From a virus (taxonomy: Duplodnaviria; Caudoviricetes): a DNA stretch of 64,000 bases. The notes below the pieces were generated by a model. The model did no database searches. It saw nothing but the letters and a program-made list of their open reading frames with translations, and had not been told where the DNA came from. Made by a program: the position numbers and the translations under genes. The stretch lies in the IMG/VR virus record IMGVR_UViG_2873063797_000001, positions 1 through 64,000 of that record; one strand, written 5' to 3'. Positions 1 through 9,743 of this stretch are shown here, in pieces (position 1 is the first letter of the stretch; each line of letters opens with the position of its first letter).

Positions 1-119
1 TTAGACTTCCAGCGGGTGTTCGTTATCGACCCGTCACTGCGTGTGTCCTCCGTCGCCATGGCACGGAGGACGCGGCCCGCCGGCCAAAAGTCACAGGGGC
101 CGCAAGCTAGGTGACACCG

Positions 120-206
120 ATGGTTGACAACGAACAGCCGGACTGGAGCTTCTGGTGCTTCGTCATCGCTCTCCTGGACCTGGCACTCCAGGTGATGACG
201 AAGTAG
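120..206 (+). CDS. 28-aa hydrophobic micro-ORF (MVDNEQPDWSFWCFVIALLDLALQVMTK)
   Basis: ATG at 120 preceded by AGGTG, TAG at 204-206; single hydrophobic stretch; below the ORF-track cutoff. Confidence 0.35.
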   Translation: MVDNEQPDWSFWCFVIALLDLALQVMTK

Positions 207-490
207 ATGCTCCGCCCGGCAGCTCGCTTGTGGTGAGACAGGGCCGCTCCAGCCAGCCAGGCTGGACGGTCCTGTTTCGTTGTGCGGCCGGTGCAACACT
301 TTCTGCATTGCTTGGCCGCTTGCCATTGTACCTTCCATCCCCGCAGATTCGTAATTCGGGATCCTCAATTGCTCGCCTGTTGGACCGAATGACGCTTGTT
401 GAACGATGCTGCGTCCTTGAGCTCTGTCTGCTTCCGCCGGGAGGCTGCTGCGGGATGGCCCCCACAGTCTCACGGTAGCGTTCTTGCAGG

Positions 491-2017
491 TCAGCGCCTT
501 CCTTGTAGGCGATGGTCGCTGTAGTGCTGGCTTCCCAAGCCCTGGCTTGATGGATCCGCCAGCTCAGTTAGGGCGTGCACGGCAGCGTCCATGCGGTCTG
601 GGGAGTCCATGCCAGGGATCCAGGTGACCATCTGTCGTTCCAGGTCAGGGAACTCCCCCACGTGGTGGACGTGGCCCTGTTCATACAGTTGGGCGATGGG
701 CTCTGCCCTCAATCGTTTGCCTTGCTTCGCGTTGACCTCGATGAGCCGGGGCATCGGACGGCCCTCGGTCCGGCCGGATCGTTGCAGCTCCTGCCATGCC
801 TGGATGAGGACCTGTTTGGTCATGTCGCCGCCGAAGTTCGTCTCGACAACGAAGGCGTCTGCGTCGATGTCCAGTGCGAGGAGGCAGGCCTCCAGGCCCC
901 AGGCGTTGGCGCCGTGCCTGCCTGAGCGGTCGGCGAAGAGGTAGTGCTCTCCGTCGCTGTCGCGGCCGGCGGCGATGATGCCGGTCTCGTCGTTGACGGT
1001 GCCTGACCCGCCGGAGGGGTCGATCGCTACGAGGCTGCGGGTGAGGTTGACGCCGCGGAAGGCGGCGGGGCTGATGCGGTTGCTGGTGATCCACGACCAT
1101 TGCCAGACTCCGCCCTCGAGCGGTCTGGGCTGCTGTTGGTAGAGGGCCCACCAGACGCGTTCACCTACGGATTTTCGGATGCGGGCGTAGTCCTCCTCGT
1201 TGTACCGCTCGGGCCAGAGGGCGTCGCCGGGTTGCCGGCCGAGGGGGTCGTCGGGGGTGAGGGCGATGGCGGGCAGGTCGATGACGATCCAGTCGTCTGG
1301 TTCTTCTTTGAGGAGCCGTCCGGAGAGGTCGTCGTCGTCCCAGCGGGTGTTTACGAGGAGGACGGACCCTTGGGGTTCGAGGCGGGTGAGGAGGACGGAC
1401 TGCCACCAGTCCCAGACGCGGTCGCGTTGGGTGGGGCTGCCGGCGTCCTCGGAGCCTTTGAAGGGATCATCGACGCAGGCTACGTGGGCGCCGCGGCCGG
1501 TCAGAGGGCCTCCGACGCCTGCGGTGACCATGCCGCCTTCGTGGCCGTCGATGTCGAACCGGTTCGCGGCCTGCGACCCGTACTTCAGGTTGATCCCCAG
1601 CATGGGAGCGTGTTCGGTGATCGTGTTGCGGATCCAGCGGCCGTGGTCGTCGGCGAGGTGCGCTGCGTAGGAGGCGAGCATGAACCGGTGCTCGGGCTGG
1701 CGGCGCAGGTACCAGGTGGGCCCCCAGCGGGAGGTGCGCCGGGACTTCCCGGCACGTGGGGGCATCGTGACCATCGCTCGGATCCGTTCCCCGCGGGCGA
1801 TGCGCTGGTAGATCCGGTCGATGATGTCGAGGTGCCTGGCCTGCATCTCCTTGCCGTGGGTGAGGACCGCGGCGAGGGCGCCCGGGGAGCGGTCCATGGC
1901 CAGTTCGGCTTCGACTGCGGCGAGCTGGGCGCGGAGGTCACTGGAGGCAGTGCGAATGATGTGCCGGCGCTCGGGGGCGGGCAGGGCCCGGTAGCGGGCG
2001 AGGATGCCGTCAGGCAC
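491..2017 (-). CDS. terL: Terminase large subunit
   Basis: Walker A MPPRAGKS, Walker B ACVDDPFKG, RNase H-like nuclease motifs AIDPSGG and DRMDAAVHAL. Confidence 0.95.
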   Translation of the reverse strand: MPDGILARYRALPAPERRHIIRTASSDLRAQLAAVEAELAMDRSPGALAAVLTHGKEMQARHLDIIDRIYQRIARGERIRAMVTMPPRAGKSRRTSRWGPTWYLRRQPEHRFMLASYAAHLADDHGRWIRNTITEHAPMLGINLKYGSQAANRFDIDGHEGGMVTAGVGGPLTGRGAHVACVDDPFKGSEDAGSPTQRDRVWDWWQSVLLTRLEPQGSVLLVNTRWDDDDLSGRLLKEEPDDWIVIDLPAIALTPDDPLGRQPGDALWPERYNEEDYARIRKSVGERVWWALYQQQPRPLEGGVWQWSWITSNRISPAAFRGVNLTRSLVAIDPSGGSGTVNDETGIIAAGRDSDGEHYLFADRSGRHGANAWGLEACLLALDIDADAFVVETNFGGDMTKQVLIQAWQELQRSGRTEGRPMPRLIEVNAKQGKRLRAEPIAQLYEQGHVHHVGEFPDLERQMVTWIPGMDSPDRMDAAVHALTELADPSSQGLGSQHYSDHRLQGRR

Positions 2018-2540
2018 TGCTGTCGCCAGGCTGGCCGGGCGGGTCCTCGTCGTCTGGGGTGGGGCCGGGGCCGGCGTTCATGATGGCTTCCAGTTCCGCG
2101 TCGCTGGCCTGGCTCATCTGGAGGGGGCCACCGTTGGCGCCGGTGATCTCGGACTTGACGGGCATGTCGAGGCCGTTGAGTTTGGCGCGGCGGTCCATGA
2201 GGCGGAGGACGGTGTCGACGGCTCGCATGTCCAGGGCGTGGTCGACGACGTTGCCTTCCTTGTCGAAGACCGGGGAGGGTTTGGTGGCGCGGGGCCAGGC
2301 GGCCTCGAGGAGCTGGTCGAGGCGTTCGTTTTCCTGCTGCCGGTAGGCGCTGGCCTCGGCGGCTTCTTCGTCGCGGTGGTTTTCGAGGGCGCGGATGAGG
2401 TCTTTGCGTGCGTCGCCGGGGCTGCTGTAGCCGAGGGCTTCGATGCGTTCGTCGTCGTAGCGGACGCCTTGCCGGCGCAGCTCGAGGAGCTTGGTGCGGC
2501 GGACGGTGACTTCATCGCGCTTGAGTCTGGACCAGGCCAT
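2010..2540 (-). CDS. terS: Terminase small subunit (putative)
   Basis: Immediately upstream of and overlapping terL; N-terminal HTH-like part; C-terminal SEITGANGGPLQM motif typical of small terminases. Confidence 0.75.
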   Translation of the reverse strand: MAWSRLKRDEVTVRRTKLLELRRQGVRYDDERIEALGYSSPGDARKDLIRALENHRDEEAAEASAYRQQENERLDQLLEAAWPRATKPSPVFDKEGNVVDHALDMRAVDTVLRLMDRRAKLNGLDMPVKSEITGANGGPLQMSQASDAELEAIMNAGPGPTPDDEDPPGQPGDSSA

Positions 2541-2869
2541 GGCGGTGGGGCTCCCGCTGGGTTGCGTGTGTGGTTGTCGGCCCCGCGCCTACTGGGATGA
2601 TCGCTGATTTCCGGGCGGGTGTTCCCCCCTTGCCATGTGAGCGGCCCCCGTCGCGCCCGGCGGGGTGGGGGCGTGGCGGGGGCCGTTGATGCTCGGGGAG
2701 CCGAGGGGGGCGGGCCCGAGCGGTTGTAGGCACGGCCCAGGTGTACTGGCTGATACCAGTGGGCGCGGGGACACCCTGGAGGCTCCGGCAGTCCTCCCGG
2801 GCCGTGCACTTCTGATGCTGCCGTACATTCGGCGGTTTGTCTGAGGTGCCCTTCCCCCCTGGCGTGCGT

Positions 2870-2896
2870 CAGCCCCCGGTGGGGTTCCGGGGGCTG
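2870..2896 (-). terminator. Hairpin downstream of the FtsK-like gene
   Basis: cagcccccgg / ccgggggctg 10-bp stem, 7-nt loop. Confidence 0.5.
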
Positions 2897-2914
2897 GTCG
2901 CTTCGGTCGCTGCC

Positions 2915-5221
2915 CTACGTCTCGTCGGTGATGGGGAGGCGGCCGAGGGCGTAGGTGCCGCGTTCGCGGCCGCAGTCGGCGCCGCGGTGGATGAGTTCCT
3001 TGCGGGTCATGGCGCTGAGGGTGTTGTCGAGGGTGGAGCCGGAGACGCCGGAGACGCGGCTGATGGTGTCGCGGCTGGTGTAGATGGTCTCGATGCCGGC
3101 GGGGTCGGTGAAGCTCTGGAGCGCTTCGAGGATCTTCTCTTCGGCGGTGGGGGGCTTCTTCGGGCCGAGGTCGATACCGGAGAGGAGAGAGGCGGTGCCG
3201 TCGCTGGGGTCGCTGTCGGTGCCGTCTTCGTCGCCGAGGATGGGCGTGGCGGCGATCTCGTCGCGGTCGTCCCAGTCGGGCCAGTCGGCGGGGTAGGCGA
3301 TGGCCGTCTCGTCGATGTAGGGGGCGGCGGACTCGAGGATGAAGGTGCGCATCATCTCGGCTGCTCCGCCGGGGCCGAGGGTGTAGCCGAGGCCGAACGT
3401 GGACTTGGGGTCCTTCAGGGTGACGGTCTCGTCGTACACGAGGGGCCGTTCGACGTCCCAGGAGGCGGGAATCTGGCCGGGGTCGACGCCCTCGAATCCG
3501 GTGGTGACGAGGTGCTGCTGCCCGGAGTCGGAGCGGAGCATGACGAGGGATCCGCCCTGGATGACGTTCATGCGGAGGGCGGTGGAGCCGCCGAGCTTGT
3601 CGGCGTTCACGGCCTGGTTGACGATCGTGAGGATGATGCCGAGGGAGCGTGCCTTGGCGGCGAGCGCCTCGAGGATGATCCCGGCTTCCTTCTTGTGGTC
3701 GACGAGTTCGGACAGGGGGACGTGGGCTTCGTCGAGGATGACGCGGACCCAGGGCCGATCCGGGGTGGCGACGAAGTTCTTCATCTTGAGGCGGGCGGAT
3801 TCCTTGATGCGCCACTGGAGGAGGGCGTAGGCGACGCGGAGGGCGCCCATGACGCCGTCTTCGCCGAGGCCGTTGTAGCAGGCCATGGTTTCGACGTCGG
3901 GGTTGGAGGAGCCCTTGGGGTCGCCGTTGATGATGGCGTGGCCGTTGACGTGGTCGGCGAGGGCGACGATCTGGACGAGGCCGCCTTTGCCGGAGCCGGT
4001 GACGCCGGCGATGAAGAGGTGGCGGGCTCCGAGGTGGGGGTCGGTGAACTGGATGCGGGCGGGGAAGCCGGAGACGTGGCGGCCGACCTGTACGTATCCG
4101 CCGTCGGAGATCTTCAGGACGTCGGTGCCGGGGAAGGGGACGCCTTCCTGGAGGGGGTTGTGCTTCATGAGGCGAATCTCGCCCTTGCGGGGGTCGCCGG
4201 GGACGGGGTTGTAGGAGCAGAGGAGGGTGTTGGTGCGGAGGGCGCCGGCGAGTTCAGCGCGGTCGGGTACGGGGATCTTGTTGATGGTCTCGCCGGCGAT
4301 GACGTAGGCGACTTCGCCGCCGGTGTTGGGGTCGGTCTGGACGTCTTCGAGGTGGGTGTCGGCCATGACGCCGCCCTTGCGGCCGACCCATTTGCGCCAG
4401 GCGCCGGCGAGGGTGTTGGGGTCGAGTTCGGCAGGGGGCTGGAGGTTGACGGTGATGGTGGCTTCGCCGGAGTGCGCGCCGGGCTTGATGGTGATCCAGG
4501 AGGCGTGGGCCTGGTAGGGGGTGGCCTGGTAGGCGGAGGAAACGGTGTCGTCGGTGACGGTGACGGCCTGTCCGGGCCGTGCGGTGATGATGCCGTTCCA
4601 GCGCAAGGCGGAGAGGGTGCGGAGTTCGAGTTCCTGGCCTTTGTGGGTGCCGGTTTCGTGGTTGGAGATGATCTGGTACCAGCGGTGGACGATCTGCTTG
4701 GCGGGGGTGTCGACGGTGACTGCCGCGGGTGTTCCTGGTGGGGCGGTGATGTGGGGGGTGGTCTTCCGCTGGCGGGCGAGGATCTTGCGGAGCTTGAGGG
4801 GGACGACGGCGACGGCGGCCCACCAGCCGAGGGAGACGATGCCGGGGATGGGGTTTCCGGCGAGGTCGAGGAAGCCGGCCATGAGGGCGTCGGTTCCTGC
4901 GGGGCCTTGGGCGGTGCCCATGAGGAGGGCCATGCCGCTGGTGAGGGTGGAGGTGAAGAGGGTGGTGCGGTGGCCGCGGATGATGTCGCCGGCGGGCAGC
5001 TGGTGGAGGAGGTTGTCGGGGAGGCGGTTCATGTAGTTCGCGGCGAGGAATCCGGCGGTGCCGCCGTAGGTGATGGCGCCGAGGATGGCGGCGCTGCCGT
5101 CGAGGAGGGGTGCGGTGATGCCGACGCCGATGGGGGCGGCGATGGTGGTCCAGGCGATGGCGCGTTCGGTGGCGGCGGGGCGGGCGGGGGCGGTGGTGGG
5201 CTGGCTCATCGGGGTCTCCAT
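2915..5221 (-). CDS. FtsK/SpoIIIE-like (TraB-type) DNA translocase
   Basis: N-terminal TM segments, Walker A AGVTGSGKG, Walker B VRVILDEAH, C-terminal winged-helix-like region. Confidence 0.8.
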   Translation of the reverse strand: METPMSQPTTAPARPAATERAIAWTTIAAPIGVGITAPLLDGSAAILGAITYGGTAGFLAANYMNRLPDNLLHQLPAGDIIRGHRTTLFTSTLTSGMALLMGTAQGPAGTDALMAGFLDLAGNPIPGIVSLGWWAAVAVVPLKLRKILARQRKTTPHITAPPGTPAAVTVDTPAKQIVHRWYQIISNHETGTHKGQELELRTLSALRWNGIITARPGQAVTVTDDTVSSAYQATPYQAHASWITIKPGAHSGEATITVNLQPPAELDPNTLAGAWRKWVGRKGGVMADTHLEDVQTDPNTGGEVAYVIAGETINKIPVPDRAELAGALRTNTLLCSYNPVPGDPRKGEIRLMKHNPLQEGVPFPGTDVLKISDGGYVQVGRHVSGFPARIQFTDPHLGARHLFIAGVTGSGKGGLVQIVALADHVNGHAIINGDPKGSSNPDVETMACYNGLGEDGVMGALRVAYALLQWRIKESARLKMKNFVATPDRPWVRVILDEAHVPLSELVDHKKEAGIILEALAAKARSLGIILTIVNQAVNADKLGGSTALRMNVIQGGSLVMLRSDSGQQHLVTTGFEGVDPGQIPASWDVERPLVYDETVTLKDPKSTFGLGYTLGPGGAAEMMRTFILESAAPYIDETAIAYPADWPDWDDRDEIAATPILGDEDGTDSDPSDGTASLLSGIDLGPKKPPTAEEKILEALQSFTDPAGIETIYTSRDTISRVSGVSGSTLDNTLSAMTRKELIHRGADCGRERGTYALGRLPITDET

Positions 5222-5259
5222 CGGCGTGTAGACGGTGGGCTGGGGGCGGGGGCCGGGGG

Positions 5260-5643
5260 CTATTCCTGGGTGAGCCAGCCGCGGTCGACGTCGTAGATCT
5301 CGCGGCCGACGGAGGAGCGGGCGGCTGCTTCCCCGATGCGGGAGTGGCTGGCCTTGTTCTGGTCGTGGGCGGCCTGCGCGGTGCGGGCGGTGGTGTCTCC
5401 GGCGGCGGCGTAGTCGGCGGCGGCGGCCGCGACGCCGTCCATGAGGCGGGCGACGTCGCGGGTTTCGGCGACGGTGGCCTGGTCGACGCGGAGGGCACCG
5501 ATGGATTCGGCGACGCGGGCGGTGTCCTTGGCTTCGTCGGCGATGGCCTTGGCGTGGCCGACGATGGCTTCGCTGGAGCGGGCGATGTCCTTGGCGAGGG
5601 CGGAGGTCTGCTTGGCGAGCTGGCCGTAGGTCAGGTCAGGCAT
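5260..5643 (-). CDS. 127-aa helical-hairpin protein in the transfer operon
   Basis: Ala-rich amphipathic helices; coupled to the upstream gene; good codon bias. Confidence 0.8.
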   Translation of the reverse strand: MPDLTYGQLAKQTSALAKDIARSSEAIVGHAKAIADEAKDTARVAESIGALRVDQATVAETRDVARLMDGVAAAAADYAAAGDTTARTAQAAHDQNKASHSRIGEAAARSSVGREIYDVDRGWLTQE

Positions 5644-7603
5644 TGGCGTGCCCCATCTCTCGGTAGAAGTTCATGACGGCGGGCGCGGCCTCGGGGGAGT
5701 CGATGACGGCCTTGTAGATGCCGCCGTAGCGGGTCTCGGTGTTGGCGTGGAGCGCCTTGCAGGCTTCGCTGGATCGGACGGCCCGCTTGTGGATCTCTGC
5801 TGCCTTGGTGGCTTGGACCTGGGCGGCGTCGGCGAGCGTGGACAGTGCGGCGACGAGCTTGTCGCCGCCCTTGACGCCGCGGGCCTGCTCGAGGAGCTGG
5901 GTGATCTGCTTGGCCTGCTCGTTGGCGTGGTCTTCGAGGGTGCGGGTGGCTTCGGCGACCATCGTCATGCGGTCGGTTTTGCCCTGGAGCTGCTGCTGGA
6001 AGTTGCGGAGGGTGCGGACTTCGCCGCGGCTGATGGTGGGGCGGGCCGCGGTGTCGCCGAGGTGGACGTGGGTGCTGTCGACGCCGGCTACGGGGACGGG
6101 CTGCGGGCCGGGGGCGTGCGTGGGCTTGGGCGGCACCTGCTGCTGGTAGTCGGCGCTGGAGGCGGTCTGGGTCACGGGGGTGTCCTCCGGGCTGGTGCGG
6201 GTCTTCTTGCGGTCGTTGTGGGCTTTGTCGAGGCGGGCCTTTTCCCGGCTGGCGGCTTCGGTGGTGTCGCGGTAGCCGTCGCGGGTGCCGTCGCGCCAGG
6301 CGGTGGCGTGCGCGACGGCTTTGGCGGCGCGGGTGCCGTCGCGGTAGCCGGCCTCGCGGGAGGACTGGAGGTTGACCCTCGGGGTGAGGGTGCGGGCGGT
6401 GTCGGGGCGGCGGCTGGTGTCCTTGCCGGCGTTGGGGGCTTTGGTCAGGTCGACTTTCTGGGGCGTCTTGGGGGTGCCGTCGGCGGTGGGGGGCTTCTTC
6501 TGCCCGCTGCCCGTGGTGTCCGTGTTGGGGCGGCCGGTGGCGTTGTCGGGCTTGGCCTGGTCTTTCGGGCTGGTGTCCTTGTCCGTGGCGGGCGTGGTCT
6601 TGCTGCTGGGTGTGGTGGTCTTCCCGTCCTTCGGCTTCGGGGCGGGCGTGCTGCTGCTCCCGCCCCTGCTGTCCTTGGGGTTGTCCTTGCCGGGCTTCCC
6701 GGCCGGGCCCGAGTCGCCGGGCTTCCCCGTGCCTCCGGTGTCCCCGCAGGTGTTTCCGGTGCTGGCCTGCTTGTCCTTGCCGGTCTTGGAGCGGGTGCCG
6801 CCGTCGGCGCCGGACTTCCCGGCGGTCTGCTTGTCCGCGCCTCCTCGACCCTTACCGGCGTTGCCGGAGGTGGAGGGGCTGCCCGATCCCCCGCCCGTTC
6901 CGCCGCGCCCCGGACCACCATTGCCCTTGGGGCCGGTGCCGCCGCCGCTACGGCCGACGTCCTGCTTGTGGCCGCCCGCAGTGCCGCGTCCGCTGCCTCC
7001 ACTGCCGGGCTTTCCACTCCCGGCCGGTCCCGACGTGTTCTTCGGGCCCGCGCCGGCCGCCTTTCCGGGACCGCTGGACTTACTGCTGAGGGACTTACCA
7101 GCGGTATTCGTCTTGCTGCCCTTGCCGGAATTACCGGAGCCGCTGTCGACCTTTTCGGACCGGTTGACGGTCACTGTTTCCTTGACCTGACGGGCTTTCG
7201 CCTTCTCCTTCTGAAGGTCGAGGCGCTTGTTCCGGGCGTCGGCGCCCTTCTTCCAGCGTTCCGCTCCGGCGAGCATCCACGCCTTGATGACGCTCTGCTG
7301 CTGCTTCGCGGACGCCGCCTTTCCGTTCTTTCCCGGCTCGTCCGCGGGGGCGTCTTCGGCGGTGAACACGGCGCTGCTGGTGTCGGTGACAGCCTGTTCT
7401 CCGTCGGCCGTGAGGGTGGTCGCGCCGGGGCCGAGAGTGAACGGGGTGCGGGTGGCTTCGATGGGGGCGAGGAGCCCGGCCACGCCGGTCGGCTGCTGCC
7501 CTGCGCCGCTGCTGGCGGGGGTGGTGGGTGCAGTGTTGGGGGGCGGGTCGTGGGGGCCGGGGACGGCCGCGGGGACCGTGTCGCTCGCCATCAGATTCCT
7601 CAC
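5636..7603 (-). CDS. Large low-complexity protein with a C-terminal helical-hairpin domain
   Basis: G/K/T/P-rich middle, helical C-terminus; overlaps the next gene. Confidence 0.8.
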   Translation of the reverse strand: MRNLMASDTVPAAVPGPHDPPPNTAPTTPASSGAGQQPTGVAGLLAPIEATRTPFTLGPGATTLTADGEQAVTDTSSAVFTAEDAPADEPGKNGKAASAKQQQSVIKAWMLAGAERWKKGADARNKRLDLQKEKAKARQVKETVTVNRSEKVDSGSGNSGKGSKTNTAGKSLSSKSSGPGKAAGAGPKNTSGPAGSGKPGSGGSGRGTAGGHKQDVGRSGGGTGPKGNGGPGRGGTGGGSGSPSTSGNAGKGRGGADKQTAGKSGADGGTRSKTGKDKQASTGNTCGDTGGTGKPGDSGPAGKPGKDNPKDSRGGSSSTPAPKPKDGKTTTPSSKTTPATDKDTSPKDQAKPDNATGRPNTDTTGSGQKKPPTADGTPKTPQKVDLTKAPNAGKDTSRRPDTARTLTPRVNLQSSREAGYRDGTRAAKAVAHATAWRDGTRDGYRDTTEAASREKARLDKAHNDRKKTRTSPEDTPVTQTASSADYQQQVPPKPTHAPGPQPVPVAGVDSTHVHLGDTAARPTISRGEVRTLRNFQQQLQGKTDRMTMVAEATRTLEDHANEQAKQITQLLEQARGVKGGDKLVAALSTLADAAQVQATKAAEIHKRAVRSSEACKALHANTETRYGGIYKAVIDSPEAAPAVMNFYREMGHANA

Positions 7604-7708
7604 TGTGGGTAGTTACTACTACTGGTGGATCACCCGTCGGGAGCCGGTGATCGGCTCCCTGGGGGCGGTAGTAGGCCGGTAGGAGCGGGAGAGGGGCGGT
7701 AGTAGTAG

Positions 7709-8323
7709 CTACGTCTGGCTACTCTTCGTGAGCTTCTTCGTTCCGGCGAGGGCGATGAGTCCGAGGGCGCCGGCGCCGATGAGGAGGCCCTGCGTGATGC
7801 CCCCGTCGTCGCTGCCGCTGGTGTTGGTGCTGGCGCCGGCGGCCTGCATGGACGCCTGGGTGGCGGTCGGGTACTTGGCCTGGCAGTCGTCCTGGACGGA
7901 CTGGTAGGTGACGCCCATGAGCTTCCCGACGAGCTTCTGGTTGACCTTCACGCAGGCGTCGACCTGCTTCTTCCGCTCGCTGTTCTCGGTGCTCTGCTGT
8001 TCCTGTGCGGCGGTGTTGGCCTTGTTGAGTTCCCGCTGCATTTCGAGCTGGAGTTGCTGCTGCTTGAGGGCGAGTTCCTGGGCCTTGACGTCGGCGTCGG
8101 CCTGCTGCGCGGTGTACTGCTGCCAGCCGAAGAGGCTGCCGCAGGCGATGACGGCGGTTCCGATGCCGATGGCGGCCTTTCCTCGGGGGGTGAGGCCGGT
8201 CTTTACGGGCTGCGTGTAGGCGGGCGCGGGCGGCGGCCCGTAGGGGGTGGGGTCGCCGTAATTGGCGTGGGAATTCGGCTGGATTCCCTGAACGATGCGC
8301 TCGAATTCGTCGGGGCTGTTCAT
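7709..8323 (-). CDS. Membrane protein with a coiled coil (two TM segments)
   Basis: Start re-set to ATG MNSPDEF with GGAG RBS; TM GIGTAVIACGSLFGW and C-terminal GLLIGAGALGLIALAG. Confidence 0.75.
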   Translation of the reverse strand: MNSPDEFERIVQGIQPNSHANYGDPTPYGPPPAPAYTQPVKTGLTPRGKAAIGIGTAVIACGSLFGWQQYTAQQADADVKAQELALKQQQLQLEMQRELNKANTAAQEQQSTENSERKKQVDACVKVNQKLVGKLMGVTYQSVQDDCQAKYPTATQASMQAAGASTNTSGSDDGGITQGLLIGAGALGLIALAGTKKLTKSSQT

Positions 8324-8325
8324 GG

Positions 8326-8838
8326 CTATTCTCCGTGGTTTCGGGCGGCGCTGGCGGATGCGGTGATGAGGTGTTTGACCTGGGGGAATGTGCGGGTGGG
8401 GAGGTCGTTCCAGGCGTGGAAGGGCATGTCTTCTCCGTCCATGCGGAGGGTGTGCTGGAGGTAGTCGACGGCGCGTGCTCGGCTGGCGGGGGTGACGTGT
8501 CCGGTGCGTTCGAGGAGGGTCTGGGCGCCGCGGATGCACATGCGGCCGGTCGGTGAGAAGTCGAGGCTGCGGCACCAGCCGTAGCGTTCGAGGACGGCCA
8601 ACGTCTGGGTGAGGTGGTCGGACGGGCGGAGCGGGATCGGGTTCTGCCACAGGCCGAGGGCGGCCGCGGTGTTGCGGATGCCGGCGGGGATGAGGAGGTG
8701 CCAGCGGGTGGGCCAGTCGGGGGCGGCCGGTACCGGGAGGGGGGCCGGGGCCGGCCGGACCGCGGGGCGGGGGGCGCGGGTGGGGGCCGCGGACGGGGCG
8801 GCCGTCCGCGGCTCGGTGATCGTGTGGCGGCGGCTCAC
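8326..8838 (-). CDS. DUF6197-like phage protein
   Basis: GW...CxxGA...WND..TF..V pattern recognised by eye. Confidence 0.6.
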   Translation of the reverse strand: MSRRHTITEPRTAAPSAAPTRAPRPAVRPAPAPLPVPAAPDWPTRWHLLIPAGIRNTAAALGLWQNPIPLRPSDHLTQTLAVLERYGWCRSLDFSPTGRMCIRGAQTLLERTGHVTPASRARAVDYLQHTLRMDGEDMPFHAWNDLPTRTFPQVKHLITASASAARNHGE

Positions 8839-9743
8839 AGGTAGCCCCCGTCGGTGGTGTTGCGCGCCTTGATGCGGGACAGGACGGTGCGCACGTATGC
8901 GGCGTCCGCTTCGATGCCGTGATGCGCGAGGCGCTTCACGATCTGCGGCGCTGACGCGGTCGGGTCCGCATCACGGACGACACGGACCGCCGCAGCCTTC
9001 GACAGGCCCTGAAGCGGAAGCGCCTCGCTGTCGCGCAGCAGGGGCGCCTCACCGATGATGCGGGGCGTCTCAGCGGGGGCCAGTGCTACGCGCGACTCGG
9101 GCGCATCATGCCGCTCATCAGGGACTTCATCGACCGCATCGGTACGGTCCAGTGATGCGGGGGCGGCGGTCAGTTCGAGGGGGCGGCGCCTCTGAAGCTC
9201 CCGTGCGCGGTCCTGGCGCGTCACCTCGATGTCGAAGTCCGTGGACACTTCGGCCATGAGGAGTTCGGCGCGCATCGTGCGGCGCCGCATCTCTGCGGCG
9301 TGCTGCGCCTCTTCGAAGACGAGGCCGCGCTCCATCTCGGCAAGGGTGGCCTTCTCCTCGTCGGTGAGTGCGGCGGGGTCGCGCATGTCGGCGAGGGCGA
9401 GGGCCCAGACGACCTTGGCTCCGAGGGGGAGGAAGGGGCCGGCGTAGGCCATGGCGAGGTTGTTGTCGGCGATGCCGTGCCAGACGAGGAAGCTGGCGAC
9501 GGCGAGGAGGGCTGCCCAGCCGAAGCAGGCGACGGGCCACCTCTTGCCGGCGATTCGTACGCCGCGGTACTCGGCGTAGATGACGGAGCCCCATACGGCG
9601 TCGGCACAGGCGGCGACGGTGATGCCGGCGGGTCCGGCGCCGAGGAGGTCGAAGAGGCTCCAGGTGGTCCAGATGAGGGAGCCGAAGGACAGGAGGGCGG
9701 CGAGCTTGATGAGGGGGGACGTCTTGGCGGTGGTGGCGTTCAC
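8835..9743 (-). CDS. Spd-like (plasmid spreading) membrane protein
   Basis: Four N-terminal TM helices, coiled coil, C-terminal HTH-like YVRTVLSR; sits in the transfer operon. Confidence 0.6.
   Translation of the reverse strand: MNATTAKTSPLIKLAALLSFGSLIWTTWSLFDLLGAGPAGITVAACADAVWGSVIYAEYRGVRIAGKRWPVACFGWAALLAVASFLVWHGIADNNLAMAYAGPFLPLGAKVVWALALADMRDPAALTDEEKATLAEMERGLVFEEAQHAAEMRRRTMRAELLMAEVSTDFDIEVTRQDRARELQRRRPLELTAAPASLDRTDAVDEVPDERHDAPESRVALAPAETPRIIGEAPLLRDSEALPLQGLSKAAAVRVVRDADPTASAPQIVKRLAHHGIEADAAYVRTVLSRIKARNTTDGGYL

Noticed and set aside
1-473. Open minus-strand frame running off the left edge, and ORFs 155-478 and 163-465
   Set aside because: No RBS, motif or codon-bias support; cannot be called
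2837-7612. Very long plus-strand ORFs (2837-5296, 5648-7612) and many similar long ORFs across the window
   Set aside because: Antisense or alternative-frame shadows of real genes in high-GC DNA; V/G/A- or R/P-rich translations with no motifs
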